Shown: positions 1-8,002 of the stretch, piece by piece
How positions within the stretch are numbered: position 1 is the stretch's first letter
Layout: each line of letters begins with the position of its first letter
DNA from: Abditibacteriaceae bacterium
GTDB lineage: Bacteria; Armatimonadota; Abditibacteriia; Abditibacteriales; Abditibacteriaceae
NCBI GenBank assembly: GCA_031425655.1
Contig: JANPJS010000232.1
Coordinates: forward strand, 1-10,221
Length of the DNA stretch: 10,221 bases
Direction of reading: 5' to 3'
The notes under the pieces: model-generated
Told to the model about the DNA's origin: nothing
Database searches by the model: none
Seen by the model: only the letters and a program-made list of their open reading frames with translations
Program-made: the position numbers and the translations under genes

Positions 1-33
1 TCCAGAACCCAACACCCAAAACCCAGTCCCAAA
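1..33. repeat. Degenerate 7-bp tandem repeat (TCCAGAA CCCAACA CCCAAAA CCCAGT CCCAAA) abutting the livF start; may continue upstream of the window
   Basis: About five imperfect CCCAAAA-type units read directly; ends at the ATG at 34. Confidence 0.65.
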
Positions 34-738
34 ATGCTTTCCATTGAAAACCTCAACGTTCATTACGGCGTGATTCACGCGCTGCACGATGTCTCGCTGC
101 AAGTCAACGCGGGCGAAATCGTCACGCTGATTGGCTCGAACGGCGCCGGAAAATCTACGACGCTGCTGGCGTTGTCGGGCTTGTTGACGCCGACGGCGGG
201 CCGCATCGAATTCGAGGGCAAGGATTTGCTGGCGCTGCCGGCGCACACGCGCGTGGCCGCCGGTTTGGTGCAGGTGCCCGAAGGCCGCCGCGTATTTTCG
301 ACGCTCAGCGTGGCCGAAAATCTCGATCTCGGTGCGTATACACGCAAAGACAAAGCGCAGGCTGCCAAAGATTTAACCGAAGTTTTCGAGTTGTTCCCGC
401 GCCTCGCCGAGCGTAAAAACCAAGCGGCGGGCACGATGTCGGGTGGCGAGCAGCAAATGTTGGCCGTCGGACGCGCTTTGATGAGCCGTCCGCGCCTGCT
501 GTTGCTCGACGAGCCGAGCTTAGGACTCGCGCCGCTCTTAGTGAAGGAAATTTTCAACGTCATCAAGCGCATCCGCGAGCGCGGCGTGACGGTGCTGCTC
601 GTCGAGCAAAACGCGCATATGTCGCTCGCTATCGCAGACCGCGCTTACGTTCTGGAAACGGGCCGCATCGTGATGAGCGGCGCGGCGAAGGAAATCGCCC
701 GCGACCCGCGCGTCAAAGAAGCTTATTTGGGAGCGTAA
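34..738 (+). CDS. livF: Branched-chain amino acid ABC transporter ATP-binding subunit (LivF type)
   Basis: 234 aa; Walker A GSNGAGKST, VPEGRRVF, signature MSGGEQQMLA, Walker B LLLLDEPSLGLAP, VEQNA, C-terminal VKEAYLG, all typical of LivF. Confidence 0.93.
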   Translation: MLSIENLNVHYGVIHALHDVSLQVNAGEIVTLIGSNGAGKSTTLLALSGLLTPTAGRIEFEGKDLLALPAHTRVAAGLVQVPEGRRVFSTLSVAENLDLGAYTRKDKAQAAKDLTEVFELFPRLAERKNQAAGTMSGGEQQMLAVGRALMSRPRLLLLDEPSLGLAPLLVKEIFNVIKRIRERGVTVLLVEQNAHMSLAIADRAYVLETGRIVMSGAAKEIARDPRVKEAYLGA

Positions 739-903
739 ATGAAACGAGTTTTTTACTGAATAGGCGTTGGGCTGATGGTTCTGTCACCATTTTTTGTTTT
801 AAGTGACAGGTCAGCCGGTTCAATGCACATACAGGGCGGCGCACTGGCGCTGGCAGCACTCGCGTTTTTCAAAGCGCACGAACTTTATCCGCCGAAACCA
901 TAA
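739..903 (+). pseudogene. Possible small two-helix membrane protein (54 codons) interrupted by in-frame TGA at codon 7
   Basis: ATG directly follows the livF TAA; reads MKRVFY*IGVGLMVLSPFFVLSDRSAGSMHIQGGALALAALAFFKAHELYPPKP-stop; TGA at 757-759; two hydrophobic stretches. An intact 42-aa ORF from ATG 775 is the alternative. Confidence 0.4.
770..816. other. Bulged stem-loop in the livF-DUF1080 spacer
   Basis: GGCTGA (770-775)/TCAGCC (811-816) and CTGTCAC (781-787)/GTGACAG (803-809) around a 15-nt T-rich loop; no 3' U-tract. Confidence 0.4.
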
Positions 904-940
904 AACGCGATGTTTCCGCGTTTCAAACAGGAAAAATACC

Positions 941-1657
941 ATGAAAAAGCTGTTTCTCATTCTCGTGCTGCTCTGCGGTGCGACCATTACCAACCGCGCT
1001 GCCGACGCGCCCGACTGGGCGCAAAACGTCGTGCTGCCCGCCACCGAAACGCCTGTAAAATTGTTCAATGGCCGTGACTTGACCGGATGGGAAGGGCAAA
1101 TCGAAAAATACTGGTCGGTCGAAGGCGGCGCGATCAAAGCGCGCAACGACAAGGCTCTGGCGCCCAGCACTTATCTTTTCACGCAGAAAAGCTATCGTGA
1201 TTTCCGCCTGCTCTTCGAGGTAAAGCAAACGCGCGGGCCGGAGTTTTCGACGATGCACTCGGCTGTCGCGGCGCTGGGCGAAAAATTCACCGATGGCGGC
1301 GACGCTTTCAGCTTCAAAGGCCCGCTGCTCATGTTCTGCCAAGACTGGGGCATCTGGGACGCCAACCGGCGCAACCGCGTGGTGCCCGTCGGGCATGGCG
1401 GCACCTGGCAGAATACCACCGAAAAAATCGGCGACTGGAACCAGATCGAAATCCTCGTGCGCGGCGAGCGTATTCGTGTGGCGGCAAACGGGAAACTGGT
1501 CTTCGACTTCACCGACAAGCCGGAAATGCTCAAAGCCTCGCCGATAGGCTTGCAATTGCACGCCAACAATCGCCCGCAGGAATGGCGCTTTCGCGGCCTG
1601 ATTCTCAGCGAAAACCCCGAAGATAAATTGCTGACCGTGGAGCCGGTCACCAAATGA
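941..1657 (+). CDS. Secreted DUF1080 (3-keto-disaccharide hydrolase family) protein
   Basis: Start moved to ATG 941 (AGGA at 929-932; signal peptide MKKLFLILVLLCGATITNRA). Family motifs LFNGRDLTGW, WSVEGGAI, YRDFRLLFEVK, GDWNQIEI, NGKLV, IGLQLH, WRFRGL. Confidence 0.85.
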   Translation: MKKLFLILVLLCGATITNRAADAPDWAQNVVLPATETPVKLFNGRDLTGWEGQIEKYWSVEGGAIKARNDKALAPSTYLFTQKSYRDFRLLFEVKQTRGPEFSTMHSAVAALGEKFTDGGDAFSFKGPLLMFCQDWGIWDANRRNRVVPVGHGGTWQNTTEKIGDWNQIEILVRGERIRVAANGKLVFDFTDKPEMLKASPIGLQLHANNRPQEWRFRGLILSENPEDKLLTVEPVTK

Positions 1658-4644
1658 AATCGAATTTTTGGACGCTGTTTTTCTGCTTGCTGTTGTTGCT
1701 TTCGCCCGGCTTCGCCGCGCCGCAAACCATCGTCCTCAAAAACGATCTCGTGCGCCGCGAATTCGCCACCGATGGCCGCGTTTGGCGCACCGTGAAATTC
1801 GCCCGCGCCGACGGCTCGGACGCGATTGTTGTGCAAAGCGACGAGTTTCATCTGCTGTTTTTTGATGGCGTGAAGCTGACAGTCGGCGATTTTATCGCGC
1901 GCGAAGAGCCTCATTTGCACAGCGAAAACGGCACGCAAACGCTGACGATTCGCTACTTTGCACCCAAAGGTGACAAAACTGGCCCCGAAATGCCGCGCGG
2001 TGTAACCATCACCTATTCGGCGAAAAAAGGTGAGCCGTATCTCCGCAAGAAAATCGAGTTTGAATTCGCTTCGCAGATTGCGGTTGACCGTCTCGACGTC
2101 GAGCGATTTTCCGTCGCGGAAAAGGCCGGGCGCGGCGGGCGCGGCGAGCCGGTTTTCGTGAAGAATTGGTTTTTCGGCCTCGAATATCCCGCCGGACACA
2201 GTCGCCACACCGACGGCAACACGCCCGTCGCCGACGCGCATCATTTTGAAAAAGTCGGCAATTACAGCGACGTAAACCTCAACGGCCACGACCGCGACGC
2301 CAACGCGCGGCCCGGTTTGCTGCGCTTGTTTCACTTTCCCGGCGACGCCAAAGCGGATGGGCAAAGCTGGAAAATCGTCTGCAAAACCGCCGTCGCGGGC
2401 ATCGGCGCGAAGCAGCAGCCGATTGAGCTGGCGTTTCAGGATTACCTCGCCACCATCGCCAAGCCGGCGCGTTCGTTCACGCATTACAACAACTGGTTCG
2501 ACCCGGCGGGCAAGAATCTGCGCGGCGACAACTTCGTCAACGTCTGGCGCGACACCAAAAAGGCGATTGAGCCTTACGGCATCAAACTCGACGCGATGGT
2601 GCCGGACAACGGCTGGCAGAACCGTCAGTCCATCTGGGAGCCGAACGCCGGACAGTTCCCCGGCGGCTTCGACGATCTGAAAAAACTCAGCGAAAACCTG
2701 CGTCGTGAAGGCACCAGTCTGGGCCTGTGGCTGTCGCTGGATGGCACGACGAACGACATTTCGTGGGGCGAAAAGCAAGGCTACGCCCGCGCGAAGGCGA
2801 ATCCGTATTTTTCGCAGTATTTCGCGCACCATTCGCTGTCGCAGCTCCAATATAAAGAGGCGATGCTGGCGCAACTGCGGCGTCTCGTCAAAGACGCCGG
2901 CATCACTTATTTCAAGCACGATTTTAATCATTTGTCGGACATCGGCGAGGGCAACGGGCATCCGCCGACCGACCGTCACGGGCACGAAGCCAACGTGGAC
3001 GCGATGATCGAAATGCTCGACGCCTGCCGCAAAGCGAACCCGCAGATTTATCAAAACCTCACCAACTGGATGTGGTTTTCGCCGTGGTGGCTGATGCACG
3101 GCGACGCCATTTGGATGCTGGCCGGCGACGACGGCTTCAACGGCAACTGGCCGGAAATTTCATCGCGCGCGATGGCCACGACCGACCGCGACGTGTATTT
3201 GTGGCGAATGTGGAGCGACGTTTCCGACCGCCCTCTTTTGCCGATTTCGCGGCTGATGACGCACGGCATCGTGCGCAACGCGGCGGGGCAAATGGAAAGC
3301 AAAGAGGACACGCTGGCCGATTGGGCTGACCATGTGATGATGTATTACGGGCGCGGCGTGCAGATGAAAGAGTGGTATCTTTCGCCCGCCGCGATGGACG
3401 CCGACCGCTGGCGCGTGCTGTGTTCGATTCACAAGTGGAGCGAGAAGCACTTTATGGCACTAACGAACACGGTTTTCGTGGGCGGACGGCCCGACGAAGG
3501 CCAGCCTTATGGCTACGTCGGCTGGGACGGCAATCTCGGCGTGCTGGTAGCGCGCAATCCGTCCGCGCAAGCGCAAACACTGCGCGTGCCGTGCGACGCG
3601 CGGACATGGTTTCGCGGCGCGCCGGGTAAGGCTTATCGGGCGCGCGTGGCGTTTCCGTATCGGGACAGTTGGCCCGCTGCGTTTCGCAGCGGAGAAACGA
3701 TGAATTTTGAGTTGCCTGGCTACGCGACGATGGCCTTTGAGATCGAGCCGGGCAAGCTGCAAAAATCCGCCGCGCTGCCCGTCGCACCGAAAATTCAAAG
3801 GCAAGGCGCGAGCGCCGAATTTAGGGTTCCCGCCGAAGCGATGTCGCGCTGCGATTTGCTGGTCATCGGCTACGACCGATTGCCTGACGTGAAAATCAAC
3901 GGCGAAACGGCCACGCCTGCGCGCCGCAACAGCGGGCGCGTCAACGATTTCGCAAGCTATGCGCGTTCGGGGATGCCGAGCGACAAAGCGCGTCCGTGGC
4001 AGATGGCCGCCTTCGATTTGCGCGCGTTTCGCGGCAAAATCGTGAGTGTTCAGTTCGCGGCGCAGGATGAAACCAGCCTCGAAAGCTGGCTGCTGCTCGA
4101 ACGCGCCGTGGCGGAATTGAGAATTGAGAATGAGGAATTGAGAAAAACGGCCAACGCGCCGTGGCCGCCCTCGCAAAACGCGCGGCGCCAGACGGTGCAA
4201 GTTCTCGCCGAAACTCGCTCCGGCGCCGCCACGCAACGTGCGCTGACCGATGCAGAATTGCGCACCATCAAAAGCGCCACGCTGACGCTGGAAGTTTTTG
4301 GCGTCAACGGCGGGCAATTTGGCGCGAAAGAAATGTGGCTGAACGGCGCGAAAATCGGCGTGTTGCCCGAAGGCGGCGATGCGTGGCAGCGCGCAAAAAT
4401 TGCGGTGCCCATCGCAGCCGTGCGACCCGAAAACCGTCTCGAAATTCGCTGCAAAGACACCGGCGACAAGTTCAAATTTCGCCGTGCCGTTTTGACGGTA
4501 GAACTGCCCGCCGGCGACTTCGTGCGCAGTTCCGCTCAAGCCAAAGCGCAAACCAGTTACGCCGATTGGGCTTTCTCGGAGGGCGCCGCCTTTCCTGTGC
4601 CTGAATCGTCTGCGCCGGTTACGCTCGATTTCAAAGCGCCATGA
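1654..4644 (+). CDS. Large secreted glycoside hydrolase, GH36/GH27 (clan GH-D)-like TIM barrel with unassigned N- and C-terminal domains
   Basis: 996 aa; signal peptide [21 protein letters not shown]; ordered clan-D-like motifs HYNNW, MVPDNGW, FPGG, LGLWLS, YFKHDFN (candidate nucleophile D423); ATGA overlap with the upstream gene. Confidence 0.72.
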   Translation: MKSNFWTLFFCLLLLLSPGFAAPQTIVLKNDLVRREFATDGRVWRTVKFARADGSDAIVVQSDEFHLLFFDGVKLTVGDFIAREEPHLHSENGTQTLTIRYFAPKGDKTGPEMPRGVTITYSAKKGEPYLRKKIEFEFASQIAVDRLDVERFSVAEKAGRGGRGEPVFVKNWFFGLEYPAGHSRHTDGNTPVADAHHFEKVGNYSDVNLNGHDRDANARPGLLRLFHFPGDAKADGQSWKIVCKTAVAGIGAKQQPIELAFQDYLATIAKPARSFTHYNNWFDPAGKNLRGDNFVNVWRDTKKAIEPYGIKLDAMVPDNGWQNRQSIWEPNAGQFPGGFDDLKKLSENLRREGTSLGLWLSLDGTTNDISWGEKQGYARAKANPYFSQYFAHHSLSQLQYKEAMLAQLRRLVKDAGITYFKHDFNHLSDIGEGNGHPPTDRHGHEANVDAMIEMLDACRKANPQIYQNLTNWMWFSPWWLMHGDAIWMLAGDDGFNGNWPEISSRAMATTDRDVYLWRMWSDVSDRPLLPISRLMTHGIVRNAAGQMESKEDTLADWADHVMMYYGRGVQMKEWYLSPAAMDADRWRVLCSIHKWSEKHFMALTNTVFVGGRPDEGQPYGYVGWDGNLGVLVARNPSAQAQTLRVPCDARTWFRGAPGKAYRARVAFPYRDSWPAAFRSGETMNFELPGYATMAFEIEPGKLQKSAALPVAPKIQRQGASAEFRVPAEAMSRCDLLVIGYDRLPDVKINGETATPARRNSGRVNDFASYARSGMPSDKARPWQMAAFDLRAFRGKIVSVQFAAQDETSLESWLLLERAVAELRIENEELRKTANAPWPPSQNARRQTVQVLAETRSGAATQRALTDAELRTIKSATLTLEVFGVNGGQFGAKEMWLNGAKIGVLPEGGDAWQRAKIAVPIAAVRPENRLEIRCKDTGDKFKFRRAVLTVELPAGDFVRSSAQAKAQTSYADWAFSEGAAFPVPESSAPVTLDFKAP
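4114..4141. repeat. Intragenic 7-bp tandem repeat GAATTGA GAATTGA GAATGAG GAATTGA
   Basis: Read directly; AT-rich patch in a GC-rich CDS, translated in frame within [11 protein letters not shown] (aa 821-831). Confidence 0.8.
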
Positions 4645-4656
4645 ATTGAATATTTC

Positions 4657-4764
4657 AATGGAACACGGATTCCACAGAAACGGCACGGGTTCTCACAGAT
4701 TTGAATTCAAGAAAAACCGCGAAAATCCGTGCCGTTTCCGCGTAGCGAAGCTCCGTGTTCTATT
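4657..4764. repeat. REP-like nested imperfect palindrome (CACGGA/TCCGTG type), possible terminator
   Basis: Outer arms 4657-4669/4752-4764 (12/13 complementary), inner arms 4677-4691/4724-4738 (14/15), central palindrome TTGAATTCAA at 4701-4710. Confidence 0.8.
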
Positions 4765-4813
4765 CAGCATTTTTATACAGCAGCTTTTGGGTTCTCCTGC
4801 CAAACTGGGAATC

Positions 4814-5650
4814 ATGCAAATTCAAGTTGCCAATTACGCGGTCGGCGACGGCCAGCCGCTTTTATTGATTGCCGGGCCATGTTTGCTGGAAAGCCGCGAA
4901 CTCTGTTTAGAAATCGGCGCGTTCTTGAAGCATGAATGCGCGGCGCGCGGCATCAATTACGTTTTTAAGGCTTCGTTCGATAAAGCTAACCGCACTTCGA
5001 TTCACTCCGAGCGCGGGCCGGGATTGGAAAAAGGGCTGCAATTATTGGCCGAAATCGGCGACGAATTGCAGCTTCCTGTCACGACCGACGTGCATGAAGC
5101 GGGGCAATGTGAGGCTGTCGCCGAAGTCGCGGCGATTTTGCAGATTCCCGCGTTTTTGTGCCGCCAAACTGATTTATTGGTCGCCGCAGCGCAGGCGGCG
5201 ACGAAATATGGACGTGCGGTCAACGTGAAGAAAGGGCAGTTTCTCGCGCCTGAAGACATGAAAAACGTGGCGAACAAGCTGCGCGAAGCCGGCGCCGAAA
5301 ACATCTTCTTAACCGAGCGCGGCGCCACGTTCGGCTACAATAATCTGGTTGTAGATTTTCGCGGCTTGGAAATTATGCGCGGCTTCGCGCCGGTTTGCTT
5401 CGATGCCACACACAGCGTGCAAAAGCCGGGCGGCGGCGGCGATAAATCGAGCGGAGACCGTCGTTTCGTGCCCGGATTGACGCGCGCTGCTACTGCGGTC
5501 GGCGTAGACGCGCTTTTTATTGAAACGCATCCCGACCCCGACAATGCCCAAAGCGACGGCCCGAACATGGTGCCGCTGCACGAGATGCCGCGTTTGCTCG
5601 ATTCGGTTTTGGCGATTCGCAGCGCCAATCTTCTGACTTCTGACTCCTGA
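4814..5650 (+). CDS. kdsA: 3-deoxy-D-manno-octulosonate 8-phosphate (KDO8P) synthase, metal-dependent type
   Basis: Start moved to ATG 4814 (the upstream extension translates the palindrome). Motifs [67 protein letters not shown]. Cys/His/Glu/Asp metal-ligand set present. Confidence 0.95.
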   Translation: MQIQVANYAVGDGQPLLLIAGPCLLESRELCLEIGAFLKHECAARGINYVFKASFDKANRTSIHSERGPGLEKGLQLLAEIGDELQLPVTTDVHEAGQCEAVAEVAAILQIPAFLCRQTDLLVAAAQAATKYGRAVNVKKGQFLAPEDMKNVANKLREAGAENIFLTERGATFGYNNLVVDFRGLEIMRGFAPVCFDATHSVQKPGGGGDKSSGDRRFVPGLTRAATAVGVDALFIETHPDPDNAQSDGPNMVPLHEMPRLLDSVLAIRSANLLTSDS

Positions 5651-5665
5651 ATTCTGTCTTCTTCC
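5631..5665. repeat. 7-bp tandem repeat TTCTGAC TTCTGAC TCCTGAA TTCTGTC TTCTTCC spanning the kdsA stop and spacer
   Basis: Read directly; contains the kdsA TGA (5648-5650) and ends 1 nt before ATG 5667. Confidence 0.8.
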
Positions 5666-5666
5666 T

Positions 5667-6320
5667 ATGAACATGACTTTTATTTACGTCCTCGCCGGCT
5701 GGATTTTTTCGCTGTGCCTGCACGAATGGGCGCACGCGCGCGTCGCTTATGAAGGCGGCGACACTTCGGTGAAGGATAAAGGCTATCTTTCCTTTAATCC
5801 TCTGAAATACATGGATCCTCTGACGTCCATCGTGCTGCCTCTGGTTTTCCTGTTTATGGGCGGCATTGGGTTGCCCGGCGGCGCGGTTTACATTGATGAG
5901 CGCCGTCTCAAAAGCGCGTCGTGGAACACTCTGGTTTCGTTGGCCGGCCCGGCTTCGAATCTGTTGGTGGCGATTATTATCGGCTTGATTTTTCGTCTGG
6001 CTCCGCCTCCAGTGGAGGCCGGAGGCCCGGCGCTGGCTTTTATCGGTGTGTTGCAAGTTTGGGCAGTGCTTTTCAATATGATTCCGATTCCACCTCTGGA
6101 TGGCTTCGGCGCGATCCGTCCACATCTTGATCCACAAACCCGCGCCAAGCTGGATGGTTTTGGATTTTGGGGCGTATTTATTCTCTTTATGGTCTTTAGC
6201 AACGTCGAGCCGGTGAACAGCTCTTTTTATATGGTGCTGCGTTCAATTTGTGGTGTGCTGGGCATTCCTTTAGATTGGGCCGCCGAGGGGCAAAGACAGT
6301 TCATGTTCTGGCAACAGTAA
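5667..6320 (+). CDS. Site-2 protease family (M50) intramembrane Zn metalloprotease, short form without PDZ/CBS domains
   Basis: 217 aa, multiple hydrophobic segments; HEWAH, SFNPLKYMDP, SLAGPASN, FNMIPIPPLDG. Confidence 0.92.
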   Translation: MNMTFIYVLAGWIFSLCLHEWAHARVAYEGGDTSVKDKGYLSFNPLKYMDPLTSIVLPLVFLFMGGIGLPGGAVYIDERRLKSASWNTLVSLAGPASNLLVAIIIGLIFRLAPPPVEAGGPALAFIGVLQVWAVLFNMIPIPPLDGFGAIRPHLDPQTRAKLDGFGFWGVFILFMVFSNVEPVNSSFYMVLRSICGVLGIPLDWAAEGQRQFMFWQQ

Positions 6321-6333
6321 TAAAATTAGGCTT

Positions 6334-6362
6334 TTGACGCGACGGCTTGGCTCAGTTAATCT
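6334..6362 (+). promoter_or_regulatory. Candidate sigma70-type promoter for the VanW-family gene
   Basis: TTGACG (6334-6339), 17-nt spacer, TAATCT (6357-6362). Confidence 0.5.
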
Positions 6363-6427
6363 TTGCATGGCGAAAACGTCGCGTGGCCGCTATGTCGCTG
6401 CTTAAATTGATGCCTTTGTCGAAACCC

Positions 6428-7888
6428 ATGATTGAAACGCCGCAAACCTCATCGCCGCAGAACGTTTCCGATCCTCTGCCGCCCAACGCTGCGCGCCGCA
6501 CGGCGCGGCGTCAGCGCTTGCAAGAGCAGCGCAAGACACTAAATCCTGTCGCCGCTGCGCCAATCGAAGCGCCAAAAATCGCTGGCTCAATACCAAAAAC
6601 AGCAGTTCCGGCAGCGAAACTTAGCACTCCACAACCGAAACCGGAAACTTTCTTAGCGAAAACCGAGTTTGCGGCGCCGAAAATGGTTCCCGTTGCAGGA
6701 AAGGCATCTCAAGCGACGGCTGCCGCGCCGCGCCGCTGGATATTGTGGACATCGCTCGGCGTTCTCGGATGTTGCATTGCGGCCATCGGAGGCGCGGTGG
6801 GCACGTATCTTTCGTGGCGCGGCGGCGAGCAAATCGTGCCCAACGCCTTTATCGCCGGCGAGCCGGTCGGCGGCCTGACGCGCAACGCGGCGCGCGAGCG
6901 TTTGAAAGCGCGTTACGGCAATTTGCGCCTCACGGTGAAAACGCCCAACGAAAATTACGATTTATCTCTGCGCGAATTGGGCGGCAGGTTGGATGTCAAT
7001 CGCGCGGTCAACGATGCTTATTGGTTCGGACGCAGCGGCAGTGTTTGGCAGAACGCACCGCGCATTTTAACGGCGCGTTTCGACGAGCGCGATTTAGCTT
7101 TGCCGGTGCGCTGGGACAAAACCACGCTGAAAACGCGAATGCGCGCGGTCGCCAAAAAATACAGTCGCCCGGCGCGTAACGCCACGCTCATCGTGAGCGG
7201 CAGCGGCGTGCGCGTCGTGCCGGATGAAGCCGGACGCGCTCTCAACGTCGGCGAGACTCTGGCGCGCTTGCAAAAGCGTTATCACGTCGCATTGACCAGC
7301 ATCGAAGCGACGGTTCGCCCGGTCGCGCCGCGCATTGCCGTCGCCGATCTCGAAGGCAGCGACGTGAAATTGGAGCAATATACTACGCGCTTCAATCGCG
7401 GTTTAATCGGGCGCACGCGCAACATTCGCGTGGCGTCCGAGGCAGTCAACGGCAGAGTTTTGATGCCGGGCCAGACCTTTTCTTTCAATGCTTCGACCGG
7501 CGAGCGCACCTGGAAAAAGGGCTATCGCATGGCGCATATTTTCGAGCGCAAGCCCGGCGCTGAAGAATCCGAAGTCGTAGATGGATTAGCGGGCGGAGTT
7601 TGCCAGGTATCGAGCACGCTATTCAACGCGGTTCGCAAAAGCAATCAGCGCGTGGATTACAAATTGAAGATCGTGCAGCGCGAATCGCATTCGCTGCCGG
7701 TGCCTTACGTGCCGCGCGGATTGGACGCGACCGTGGCCTGGCCTTATAAAGATTTCAAATTCAGCAACACGCTGCCCAACCCGATTTATCTCCGCAGCGC
7801 CGTCAACGGCTCGCGCCTGACACTCAGCGTGTGGGTGCGCGTTCCAACAGGGAATCGTCTGCTGGCAAAAAATACGTCGGCAGAATAG
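6428..7888 (+). CDS. Membrane-anchored VanW-family protein with YoaR-like putative peptidoglycan-binding region
   Basis: Pro/Ala/Lys-rich N-terminus, one TM helix (WILWTSLGVLGCCIAAIGGAVGTYLSW), IAGEPVGGLT..A region, VanW motifs RTRNIRVA, LMPGQTFSFN, GGVCQVSSTLFNA, HSLPVPYVPRGLDATV, DFKFSN. Start uncertain (ATG 6392, 6410 or 6428). Confidence 0.88.
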   Translation: MIETPQTSSPQNVSDPLPPNAARRTARRQRLQEQRKTLNPVAAAPIEAPKIAGSIPKTAVPAAKLSTPQPKPETFLAKTEFAAPKMVPVAGKASQATAAAPRRWILWTSLGVLGCCIAAIGGAVGTYLSWRGGEQIVPNAFIAGEPVGGLTRNAARERLKARYGNLRLTVKTPNENYDLSLRELGGRLDVNRAVNDAYWFGRSGSVWQNAPRILTARFDERDLALPVRWDKTTLKTRMRAVAKKYSRPARNATLIVSGSGVRVVPDEAGRALNVGETLARLQKRYHVALTSIEATVRPVAPRIAVADLEGSDVKLEQYTTRFNRGLIGRTRNIRVASEAVNGRVLMPGQTFSFNASTGERTWKKGYRMAHIFERKPGAEESEVVDGLAGGVCQVSSTLFNAVRKSNQRVDYKLKIVQRESHSLPVPYVPRGLDATVAWPYKDFKFSNTLPNPIYLRSAVNGSRLTLSVWVRVPTGNRLLAKNTSAE

Positions 7889-7891
7889 CCG

Positions 7892-8002
7892 ATTAAACAC
7901 AAAGACACAAAGGACGCACAAAGAATCTCGAAGGGGAAAGACAGCGTAATATTTTCCGGCTCTTAAAATTCTTTGTGCAGCCTTTGTGTCTTTGTGTTTA
8001 AT
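7892..8002. repeat. REP-like long inverted repeat built of CACAAAG units between convergent genes; probable bidirectional terminator/RNA hairpin
   Basis: Perfect 22-bp arms 7892-7913/7981-8002, 2 mismatches, then perfect 11 bp 7916-7926/7968-7978; 41-nt loop. Confidence 0.88.

Noticed and set aside
757..816. Selenocysteine codon with SECIS
   Set aside because: Loop is 15 nt, T-rich and lacks the leading G typical of bacterial SECIS; the context is a hydrophobic helix with no redox motif.
903..923. Small hairpin AAACGCG/CGCGTTT as a terminator
   Set aside because: Only 7 bp with no U-tract beyond the stem; could be chance.
803..940. 46-aa N-terminal extension of the DUF1080 ORF
   Set aside because: Signal peptide and AGGA ribosome site point to ATG 941.
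1192..3099. 635-aa minus-strand ORF
   Set aside because: Antisense shadow of the DUF1080 and glycosidase genes; no recognisable motifs; expected from GC-rich codon bias.
3460..4686. 408-aa minus-strand ORF
   Set aside because: Antisense to the glycosidase C-terminus, Arg-rich, no motifs.
4646..4813. 56-aa N-terminal extension of KdsA
   Set aside because: Translates the palindromic repeat; KdsA-like sequence begins at ATG 4814.
6347..6391. TTG start at 6347 for the VanW gene
   Set aside because: Lies within the candidate promoter; downstream ATGs are more plausible.
6428..7888. Vancomycin resistance locus
   Set aside because: VanW domains are widespread; no vanH/A/B/X/R/S genes here.
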